Shown here in pieces: positions 13,784-20,378 of a stretch of DNA of 41,778 nucleotides. How positions within the stretch are numbered: the first letter of the stretch is position 1; each line of letters starts with the position of its first letter. Origin of the DNA: a virus; IMG/VR virus record IMGVR_UViG_3300016484_000878, positions 1 through 41,778 of that record; one strand, written 5' to 3'. Both the position numbers and the translations under genes were made by a program. The notes beneath the pieces were generated by a model. That model was given only the letters and a program-made list of their open reading frames with translations. It ran no database searches and was not told the DNA's origin.

Positions 13784-16061
13784 ACGGATCGAGACCAGGG
13801 GAGCGGCCAGGCAGCTACTGTCTGACCGCTCCCCTGAAGTGCTCACAGTCGGCGCCGCCGGCACGGGCAAGAGTTTCGGGGCGCTGTGGAAAATCCACCT
13901 CATGTGCCTGCTGAACGGGAAGTGTTCGCCGGACTGCGAGCGCGAGCACGAGCATCACGATCGCGGCATGAAGGCGCTCATCGTGCGCCAGACGCTCAAG
14001 AGCTTGACCTCGACAGGGCTCGTCACCTTTCGCGAGCAAGTGGCCGCAGACGCCATCGCTCAGGGGATCGTGCGCTGGTATGGCGGGAGCGGCGAGAAGC
14101 CGGCGCAGTACATCTATGAGAACGGATCGTCGATCGTCGTCGGTGGCCTCGATAATCCTGATAAGGTGATGTCCACCGAATATGACTGCGTGATCGGCGA
14201 GACGTTGATAGACAGCGTCTCGCCGATCGAGCGCGCCTACTCTCGTCCGTACTCAGGCAAACTCATCACTGTCACCACGGCCGCGGGCCACCAACTCACC
14301 GGAACCCCGAACCACCCAGTACTCACCCCGCATGGATGGCGTGCGCTGAATCAACTCAGCGAGGGTGGCCACCTGATGCGCCGCGCTCGGAGTGAGCAGG
14401 AATCCATCGGTGGGGCGAACCCAGATGTAGCAGACCAACCATCCTCGATCGCAGAGGTAGCGCGTGCGTTTGCGCTCGCGAATCCTGGTCGGTCCGAGCG
14501 GGTTGAAACTGTAGCGATGGACTTCCACGGCGACGGAGTCCCCGATGGCTATGTCGACGTTGTATCTGCCGACGGCTTTTTCCATCACGCCATCGATCCC
14601 GCGAGCTTTGATCATGTCATTGAAGTCGACAGCGACGGGGCTGATCTTGAGCCCGCGCCGCTCATGGCTGAGCGAACGTCTGTCGAGGTGATCGGCGCTC
14701 GATACGCGTCCACGATTCAAGATGCCTTGCTGTTTTCCGAGTTCGCTCATGCGAGTACGATTCTCGGGAGAGTTGCGCCACGCCTCACCGTTGCGGGTGG
14801 CGGACTCGGTGAATCGACGCTTCCATTCGGTGTCGGCATCGCGAACGTGGCGGAGCGCCTGCCCTTCGCTTTTGGTGCGGACACGAACGCCACGCTTGGT
14901 CATCTCCTCACGGAAACGGCCGGCGCTGACGTGGATGGACTTCGCGGCGGCCATCAGCCGGAATTCCCCTTTGAGGTAACGGCTGATCGCATCGTCAAAA
15001 TCAGCGTCACTGACGCTGGACCGGGCAGGCATGTGTACAACCTCCAGACGGGTAGCCACTGGTACGTAGCCAACGAGATAATATCACATAACTGTATCTT
15101 CGTTCAGGAGGCTACGGATATCACGCTGGAATCGTGGGAGAAACTCAACTCACGATTGCGTAATGGGCGCGTGTCTTTTCAGCAGTTGCTCGCCGACTGT
15201 AACCCGCAACAGCCGTCGCACTGGCTGAAGAAGCGGTGCGATGAGGGTAAGACGACGATGCTCATCTCGCGTCACGAGGACAATCCTCGCCTGTTCGGTG
15301 ATGATGGGGAGCTGACGTCGTACGGGAGCGCGTACATCGCGCGCCTCGACAACCTCACGGGTGTGCGTTACCTCAGGCTGCGCAAGGGGAAGTGGGCGGC
15401 GGCCGAAGGGCTGATCTACGAAGATTGGAGTCCTGATCGCAATGTCATCGATCGCAAGGTGTTGCCGATGGACTGGCCGCGATATTGGGCTGTGGACTTC
15501 GGGTACACGAATCCATTCGTGTGGCAGATGTGGGCTATTGATCCTGATGGTAGGGCTTATCTCGAAAAGGAGATCTATAAGACAAAAAGGCTGGTTGAGG
15601 ATCACGCCAAAGACATTCTCCGGGTGGTTGTTGCTGAGAATGGGAAGTGGAAATACCCGCGTCCACAAGCGGTCATATGCGATCACGATGCGGAGGACCG
15701 GGCGACGCTGGAGCGTCACCTCGGGTTCGGGACGGTAGCTGCAAACAAGACAGTCAGTGAGGGGATTCAGGCGGTCCAGTCGCGTATCAAGGTGGCCGGC
15801 GACGGATTGCCACGCCTGTTCGTCCTGAGGGATGCGCTCGTCGAACGCGACGGCGAACTGAAGCAGGCCGGCCTGCCGACGTGCACGCTCGAAGAGATCG
15901 AGGGCTACGTCTGGAAACCGAAGCCTGGCGGCGTGCTCCCCAAAGAGGTGCCGGATGAGCCGCTGAAAAAGGATGACCACGGATGCGATGCAGGGCGCTA
16001 TTTCGTCGCGCACCTTGATCTCGCGCCCCGCGTGCGCGTCAGGGTCATTCGTCCTCGATGA
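13767..16061 (+). CDS. terL: Terminase large subunit, interrupted by an intein
   Basis: Walker A GAAGTGKS. The exteins join as ...VMSTEYD|CIFVQEATD... (Walker-B-like region). The C-terminal nuclease domain is intact. The mature protein is about 462 aa after removal of the 302-aa intein. Confidence 0.88.
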   Translation: MQPIRKRIETRGAARQLLSDRSPEVLTVGAAGTGKSFGALWKIHLMCLLNGKCSPDCEREHEHHDRGMKALIVRQTLKSLTSTGLVTFREQVAADAIAQGIVRWYGGSGEKPAQYIYENGSSIVVGGLDNPDKVMSTEYDCVIGETLIDSVSPIERAYSRPYSGKLITVTTAAGHQLTGTPNHPVLTPHGWRALNQLSEGGHLMRRARSEQESIGGANPDVADQPSSIAEVARAFALANPGRSERVETVAMDFHGDGVPDGYVDVVSADGFFHHAIDPASFDHVIEVDSDGADLEPAPLMAERTSVEVIGARYASTIQDALLFSEFAHASTILGRVAPRLTVAGGGLGESTLPFGVGIANVAERLPFAFGADTNATLGHLLTETAGADVDGLRGGHQPEFPFEVTADRIVKISVTDAGPGRHVYNLQTGSHWYVANEIISHNCIFVQEATDITLESWEKLNSRLRNGRVSFQQLLADCNPQQPSHWLKKRCDEGKTTMLISRHEDNPRLFGDDGELTSYGSAYIARLDNLTGVRYLRLRKGKWAAAEGLIYEDWSPDRNVIDRKVLPMDWPRYWAVDFGYTNPFVWQMWAIDPDGRAYLEKEIYKTKRLVEDHAKDILRVVVAENGKWKYPRPQAVICDHDAEDRATLERHLGFGTVAANKTVSEGIQAVQSRIKVAGDGLPRLFVLRDALVERDGELKQAGLPTCTLEEIEGYVWKPKPGGVLPKEVPDEPLKKDDHGCDAGRYFVAHLDLAPRVRVRVIRPR
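14253..15032 (-). CDS. Antisense-nested endonuclease-like gene inside the intein (HTH + NUMOD3-like + Vsr/DUF559-type PD-(D/E)XK)
   Basis: 259 codons from ATG 15032, with GGAGG 8 nt upstream; the ORF stays open up to GTG 15059. Motifs: AISRYLKGE...AAAKSIHVSAGRFREEMTKRGVRV, WRNSPENRTRMSELGKQQG and GRYNVDIAIGDSVAVEVH. Composition is protein-like (about 10 Lys), whereas the sense frame has none over 245 codons. A GC-driven shadow ORF is not excluded. Confidence 0.6.
   Translation of the reverse strand: MPARSSVSDADFDDAISRYLKGEFRLMAAAKSIHVSAGRFREEMTKRGVRVRTKSEGQALRHVRDADTEWKRRFTESATRNGEAWRNSPENRTRMSELGKQQGILNRGRVSSADHLDRRSLSHERRGLKISPVAVDFNDMIKARGIDGVMEKAVGRYNVDIAIGDSVAVEVHRYSFNPLGPTRIRERKRTRYLCDRGWLVCYIWVRPTDGFLLTPSAAHQVATLAELIQRTPSMRGEYWVVRGSGELVARGRGDSDEFA
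15078..15088 (-). promoter_or_regulatory. Extended -10 (TGTGATATTAT) for the antisense gene
   Basis: The minus strand reads tgtgaTATTAT. It is built from the rare ATA-ATA-TCA-CAT codons of the last intein block and lies about 45 nt upstream of ATG 15032. Confidence 0.45.
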
Positions 16062-16068
16062 TGCGATC

Positions 16069-16089
16069 TTGATTCGTGTGTGCTAGAAT
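16069..16089 (+). promoter_or_regulatory. Promoter element TTGATTCGTGTGTGCTAGAAT (leaderless; ATG 6 nt downstream)
   Basis: The extended -10 is tgtgcTAGAAT (16084..16089). An inverted near-identical copy lies at 28451..28471. Confidence 0.6.
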
Positions 16090-16095
16090 CGATGC

Positions 16096-16263
16096 ATGGC
16101 ACAAGGTGGTAACAAGGACACGAGTGCGCGGAAGTTGCGCGGGACTCGTGTCCGTCAGGACCTCGACTACAAGGTGAAGAGTGATCCCGACATCCGTGGG
16201 GTCAACAAGGGGCGCGCCGAGTCGGAGCAGTACTACGACTCGCGAGAGGAGCGGGACAGGTGA
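16096..16263 (+). CDS. Small highly charged protein (55 aa), leaderless
   Basis: MAQGGNKDTSARKLRG...SDPDIRGVNKG.... The ATG lies 6 nt after the -10. G/C-rich third codon positions. Below the length cut-off of the ORF track. Confidence 0.5.
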   Translation: MAQGGNKDTSARKLRGTRVRQDLDYKVKSDPDIRGVNKGRAESEQYYDSREERDR

Positions 16264-16460
16264 CGGGGGCGACGAAGGATCCGTACGGGCGCAGCGAACA
16301 GGCGAACAGGCGGGCGGGCAGGGACCGCGAGGTGCTAGCCGATCCCGACATCCGCGGCTCGCGCTCGGGACGGCGCGGCCAGTACGACGACGCGCGCAGC
16401 AGCACGCACAACAGCCCGGAGCGCGTCGAGCGCGAGTGGAGCAGGGGTGGCCGAGGGTGA
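16260..16460 (+). CDS. Small highly charged protein (66 aa)
   Basis: GTGA overlap with the previous ORF. It shares the ADPDIRG motif with the previous ORF. Confidence 0.5.
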   Translation: MTGATKDPYGRSEQANRRAGRDREVLADPDIRGSRSGRRGQYDDARSSTHNSPERVEREWSRGGRG

Positions 16461-16660
16461 GCTGGAAGAGCGAGCGCGAGGCTCGTGAGCGGGCTGACGG
16501 GATCTTGAGGGCCGCGCATGGGCGCGGCGAGGATGTCGGCGGGGACTACGGGTCCGGCCGGCTCACGAAGGCGCAGAAGAAGAGCCAGGAGAAGCACATC
16601 GGCTGGACGCGCGGCCCGGAGACCACCGGCGAGAAGATCAAGCGCAAGCTCTGGGGCTGA
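16457..16660 (+). CDS. Small highly charged protein (67 aa)
   Basis: GTG 16457 in a GTGA overlap, in the frame of track ORF 16181..16660. Confidence 0.5.
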   Translation: MSWKSEREARERADGILRAAHGRGEDVGGDYGSGRLTKAQKKSQEKHIGWTRGPETTGEKIKRKLWG

Positions 16661-16687
16661 CGCCAAACGTGCAACTTGCAGATTAGA

Positions 16688-16724
16688 CGAAAGAGGCGCA
16701 CTCGATCTGGGTGCGCCTCTTTCG
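16688..16724 (+). terminator. Stem-loop terminator (14-bp stem)
   Basis: cgaaagaggcgcac-9 nt-gtgcgcctctttcg. Confidence 0.65.
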
Positions 16725-16742
16725 CATGCACGATAATGCGCG

Positions 16743-16748
16743 TAGAAT
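16743..16748 (+). promoter_or_regulatory. -10 TAGAAT, leaderless promoter for gene 16755
   Basis: gcgcgTAGAAT + ctgtgc (6 nt) + ATG 16755. Confidence 0.55.
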
Positions 16749-16754
16749 CTGTGC

Positions 16755-17069
16755 ATGGCGATTCACTATGAGAACTACAAAACGTTCAGCAAGGGGCAGG
16801 GCTTCGTTGGCGTAGCCTGCCGCGTCAAATCTCCGCAAGCCAGCACGACACGCCTCTTCGCGAGTGACTGCTTCGAGTGCAAGAAGAAGGCGCTCGCCGG
16901 CAAGCTGATCATCTCGCGCGAGGGCGAGGTGGGACGCGTCGTCGAGGTGTTCGCTGATCGCGTTGAGCTTCAGCGCGAGGAGCGCCCCCTCCGCTACGTC
17001 ATGATGGCTGAGCTGGACACAGATTGGGCGCCGCTAGACCTCGACGAGATCTTCGGGATGAAGCCGTGA
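16755..17069 (+). CDS. Hypothetical protein (leaderless)
   Basis: 104-aa ORF with the ATG exactly 6 nt after the -10. Confidence 0.75.
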   Translation: MAIHYENYKTFSKGQGFVGVACRVKSPQASTTRLFASDCFECKKKALAGKLIISREGEVGRVVEVFADRVELQREERPLRYVMMAELDTDWAPLDLDEIFGMKP

Positions 17070-17227
17070 GCTGGAGTGAGCGCCTCGACGCTCGCGATCG
17101 TGAGCGTCACGCCATCCGTGAGGCGGGCATGGCCGGCAAGAAAGACTGGCCCGTCGTGCGTGGAATCGAGAAGAAGGGGCATGCTGGACGGCATGGCGAA
17201 CGAAAAGAAGACCACAGAGCAGGCTGA
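17066..17227 (+). CDS. Possible small ORF (53 aa), weak
   Basis: GTGA coupling to gene 16755..17069, but it overlaps the next ORF by 47 nt. Confidence 0.3.
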   Translation: MSWSERLDARDRERHAIREAGMAGKKDWPVVRGIEKKGHAGRHGERKEDHRAG

Positions 17228-17378
17228 GCCTCAGGTGCGCACCCTCGGCCGGGTGAACGTCAAGGGTGGCGGTGACCCGATCGACCACGACGCCCGCGGC
17301 GGCATCACCATCGGCAAGGACGCGGACGGCAAGGTCGTCTTCGTCGACTTCGGCGGGGCTGACGTCGAGGTCGAGTGA
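17181..17378 (+). CDS. Hypothetical protein (start 17181 or 17193)
   Basis: MLDGMANEKKTTEQ.... The upstream part of track ORF 17076 is Arg/Ser-rich and unlikely to be coding. Confidence 0.6.
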   Translation: MLDGMANEKKTTEQAEPQVRTLGRVNVKGGGDPIDHDARGGITIGKDADGKVVFVDFGGADVEVE

Positions 17379-17396
17379 CGCCGGCACGATGAAGAG

Positions 17397-17420
17397 GGCA
17401 CGCCTTCGGGCGTGCCTTTT
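17397..17420 (+). terminator. Classic intrinsic terminator
   Basis: ggcacgcc-TTCG-ggcgtgcc followed by TTTT. Confidence 0.8.
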
Positions 17421-17424
17421 CGTG

Positions 17425-17430
17425 TACCAT
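17425..17430 (+). promoter_or_regulatory. -10 TACCAT, leaderless promoter for gene 17437
   Basis: cgtgTACCAT + gcgggc (6 nt) + ATG 17437. Confidence 0.45.
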
Positions 17431-17436
17431 GCGGGC

Positions 17437-17766
17437 ATGGTGACGATGGGGATCGAGCAGCGCGGCGTGCGCCCCCGTACCTCGCTGCGTGACCTCCTCG
17501 AAGCCAGAGACGCGTCTCTTCGCGTCCGCGGTAGCCGCATCACTGCCGCGTTGGTGCGCGCCCGGCGGCTTGTGGCTGGCCGCGCCGGGGCTGCCGGGCG
17601 CGCGCTCCTCATCGCCGTGCTCTTCGTCGCCAGCCAGGTGCACAGGCACGGGCTGGTGCTGGCCGGCTTGGCGTCGTTCGTGCTGGCCGCCGCGCTCTAC
17701 TCCCCGATCGCCGCGCTCGTTACTGCCGGCGTGTCCCTCTTCTTTCTGGAATTGAGGCGCCGGTGA
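17437..17766 (+). CDS. Membrane protein (2 TM helices)
   Basis: 109 aa with hydrophobic segments ALLIAVLFVASQV and LAGLASFVLAAALYSPIAALVTAGVSLFFL. Confidence 0.65.
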   Translation: MVTMGIEQRGVRPRTSLRDLLEARDASLRVRGSRITAALVRARRLVAGRAGAAGRALLIAVLFVASQVHRHGLVLAGLASFVLAAALYSPIAALVTAGVSLFFLELRRR

Positions 17767-19031
17767 GCGTGCGCAGCCTTCTCGGCGGGATGGTGAACGA
17801 GTCACCCGTCCCTCTGGTGTCGCGCTGGGGTGCCGGCCGTGGACTCGGGACCATGTTCACCGGACGTGGGCGCACGGCTGAGTTGGAGTCGCTGAACGCC
17901 ACGGCCACGCTTTACGGGGTCGTCAAGAAACTCAGCAAGGCGACGGCCGCCGTCGAGTGGACGCTCGATCGCAAGCCGGCCAGGCCCGGTGACGATCCCA
18001 TCCCGCTGACCGGCGGGCGCGCCGAGAGCGCCGCCCCGCTGCGCGTGTGGAGCAACCCCACTGACGCGCCGCACATCAACGCCGCCTACTTCCGTCAGGG
18101 CAGCCAGCAGCACTATGACCTGTGCGGTGAGTTCTGGTGGGTGGTGCTGAAGTTCGCGGGCATCCCCGTGCAGCTCTGGCCGGTTCGGCCAGACCGCATC
18201 ACGCCGGTCCCGAGCCAGACCCGGCTGGTGGCCGGCTATCTCTATCGCTCGCCTGACGGCGAAGAGGTTCCGCTTGAGGTGGACGACGTCATCTGCTCCA
18301 TCGATCCCTCGCCCACCGACCCCCTCCGCGGCGCCGGCCCAATCGGCGCGCTGGCGTCCGACCTGGCCGAGAGTAGGGCACAGGCGGCGTGGCAGGCTGC
18401 CACCTATCGCAACGGTGCTCAGCCGGGCGGCATCATCAAGGTGGGCCGCAAGCTCAGCGACTCCGAATGGGATGACCTCGTCGAGCGCTGGCGCTTCGAA
18501 CACCAGGGCACGGAGAACGCGGGACGCGTCGCAGTCCTCGAAGAAGGCGATTTCACGCCGCTCTCGTACGCGCAGAAGGACATGCAGTTCGTCGAGTCGC
18601 GCGGCCTGACGCGTCAGGCGATCTTCGATGCGTACGGCTTCCCGAAATTCGGCATCGGTGACGTGGATGACGTGAACCGCGCGTCGGCCGAGGCGTCGAT
18701 GGCGATGTTCTCGCAGACGCTGACCGTCCCGCGTCTGGAGAACTTCCGCACCGTTCTCAACACGCGCTTTCTGCCGATGTTCGGTAGCGCGTGGAAGAAC
18801 TACGAGTTCAACTACGCCGATCCCGTTCCTGCTGACGCAGAGGGTGAGCGCCAGGACCTGACGACGAAGTCGAGTGCGTTCAAGACGCTCATCGACGCAG
18901 GCGTCAATCCTGAGGATGCGGCGGAGGTGTGTGGCCTCCCCCCGATGCGGGTGGACAAGAAGCCCGAACCCGCTCCCGTGGTGCCAGGTGCGCCCGAACC
19001 TGAGCCCGACCCGAGTGAAGGCGATAAATGA
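17763..19031 (+). CDS. Portal protein (HK97-family-like)
   Basis: 422 aa, positioned between terminase and protease, with a portal-like sequence pattern. GTG start in a GTGA overlap. Confidence 0.8.
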   Translation: MSVRSLLGGMVNESPVPLVSRWGAGRGLGTMFTGRGRTAELESLNATATLYGVVKKLSKATAAVEWTLDRKPARPGDDPIPLTGGRAESAAPLRVWSNPTDAPHINAAYFRQGSQQHYDLCGEFWWVVLKFAGIPVQLWPVRPDRITPVPSQTRLVAGYLYRSPDGEEVPLEVDDVICSIDPSPTDPLRGAGPIGALASDLAESRAQAAWQAATYRNGAQPGGIIKVGRKLSDSEWDDLVERWRFEHQGTENAGRVAVLEEGDFTPLSYAQKDMQFVESRGLTRQAIFDAYGFPKFGIGDVDDVNRASAEASMAMFSQTLTVPRLENFRTVLNTRFLPMFGSAWKNYEFNYADPVPADAEGERQDLTTKSSAFKTLIDAGVNPEDAAEVCGLPPMRVDKKPEPAPVVPGAPEPEPDPSEGDK

Positions 19032-19267
19032 ACGCCTTCCTTGCTGCATTGCTCGGCCAGATCGAGGCGGCGATGCGCTGGCAAGTGAAGGCGCACATCG
19101 ACGCGAACGTGTGTGAGCCCTGCAAAAAGAACGATCGGAAGTTGTACCGGAATCGCACGTCCGCCTATGCTGACTACCCAGGAGGCAAGGGCTACATCAA
19201 GTGCGTCGGGGCGAAGTATGGCAACACGTGTCGATGCACTGTGAAGAAGCGAAAGGGGATGTCGTGA
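19028..19267 (+). CDS. Small Cys-rich (zinc-ribbon-like) head-module protein
   Basis: 79 aa with CEPC...C..C.C motifs. ATGA overlap with the portal gene. Confidence 0.7.
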   Translation: MNAFLAALLGQIEAAMRWQVKAHIDANVCEPCKKNDRKLYRNRTSAYADYPGGKGYIKCVGAKYGNTCRCTVKKRKGMS

Positions 19268-19560
19268 AGACGGTGTATGTCACGATCGGCAACTCCGACG
19301 ACAAGCTGACGCAGTCTGAATGGGCATGCTTTCAGATCGACGTTCACAAGGATCTGATGACCGCCACGCGCGAGTTTCACGGGTCGTGGCACTCGAATCC
19401 GGGGGCACCTTGGCAGAATGCGGCATGGTGCATCGTCATTCCTGACGGCGTCGATCAAGCGCTCAAGGCTAGATTGCGAGTTACGGCGTCGAATTACCGG
19501 CAGGATTCGATCGCGTGGGCCGAGGTTCCGAACGTCGAATTCCTGAAGGGGAATCAGTGA
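19264..19560 (+). CDS. Hypothetical protein
   Basis: GTG 19264 in a GTGA overlap; 98 aa. Confidence 0.7.
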   Translation: MKTVYVTIGNSDDKLTQSEWACFQIDVHKDLMTATREFHGSWHSNPGAPWQNAAWCIVIPDGVDQALKARLRVTASNYRQDSIAWAEVPNVEFLKGNQ

Positions 19561-20378
19561 ACAAGCGTAGGCGCGCCATTCTGAGCGCACTCGAACCTGC
19601 CGTCGCTTTCTCGATGTCCCACCAGCCCGCACCGCGCGCCCTGGCCGACGTCACCGGGCTAGCCGTGCGTGCCCGGGTGAGCGCTGAGGCGCCTGCGGAC
19701 GTTCTCATCTACGGCCGCATCGGTGGCGGAGGGTGGTTCATGGATGGGATCTCCGCCAGCGACGTCGCCGCCGCCCTCAAAGAGGCCGGCCCCGGCCCCA
19801 TCAACGTACGCATCAATTCCGGCGGCGGGGACGTGTTCGACGGCGTGGCCATCCATTCACTTCTCGCTCGCCACCCCGGCACCGTCACTACGTACGTCGA
19901 TGGGCTTGCTGCTTCGGCCGCGTCCTTCATCATGCTCGCCGGTGAGCGCGTCGTTGCCTCGCGCAACAGTATGGTGATGATTCACGACGCGATGACGGGC
20001 GTGTTCGGAGCGAAGGCGCGGCTTCAGCGCGCGCTTGAACTGCTCGACAAGGTGTCGGACAACATTGCCGACATGTACGCCGAGAAAGCCGGCGAAGACG
20101 TCGAATACTGGCGCGCGAAGATGGAAGAGAACGGCGAAGAAGGTGTCTGGTACACCGGCCAAGAAGCCCTCGATGTCGGACTCGTCGACGACATCACCGG
20201 CGATGACGAAGAAGACGAAGACGAGCGCGTCGACAATTTCCTCTCCGGGTGGGTGAACATGCTCCCTGCCCCCGTCGCCGAGCGCGTGCAGAACGCGCAC
20301 AAAGAACCTCAAGCCCCCGATCCCGTCATGCTCGACGCGGACGTAATCACAGGAATCATGAAAGAGGTATTCGCATGA
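19557..20378 (+). CDS. Capsid maturation protease (ClpP/S14-like)
   Basis: INSGGGDVFDGVAI and GLAASAASFIMLAG motifs, with an acidic C-terminal tail. GTGA-coupled start. Confidence 0.85.
   Translation: MNKRRRAILSALEPAVAFSMSHQPAPRALADVTGLAVRARVSAEAPADVLIYGRIGGGGWFMDGISASDVAAALKEAGPGPINVRINSGGGDVFDGVAIHSLLARHPGTVTTYVDGLAASAASFIMLAGERVVASRNSMVMIHDAMTGVFGAKARLQRALELLDKVSDNIADMYAEKAGEDVEYWRAKMEENGEEGVWYTGQEALDVGLVDDITGDDEEDEDERVDNFLSGWVNMLPAPVAERVQNAHKEPQAPDPVMLDADVITGIMKEVFA

Larger units (their letters stand above)
14187..15092 (+). mobile_element. Intein (Hint domain) in terL
   Basis: Block A is CVIGETLID (Cys1 at 14187). Block B is GHQLTGTPNHPVLT. Blocks F/G are HVYNLQTGSHWYVANEIISHN, followed by +1 Cys at 15093. 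The central ~200 codons carry no recognisable endonuclease motif. Confidence 0.85.

Noticed and set aside
15150-16013. 287-aa minus-strand ORF opposite the C-terminal half of terL
   Set aside because: It is a shadow ORF (Leu/Arg/Pro-rich, no SD or promoter). It serves as an internal control: its composition differs clearly from the antisense ORF inside the intein.
17802-19049. 415-aa minus-strand ORF opposite the portal gene
   Set aside because: It has shadow-ORF composition (Arg/Leu/Ala/Gly-rich, almost no Lys) and no start signals. The plus-strand portal protein is convincing.
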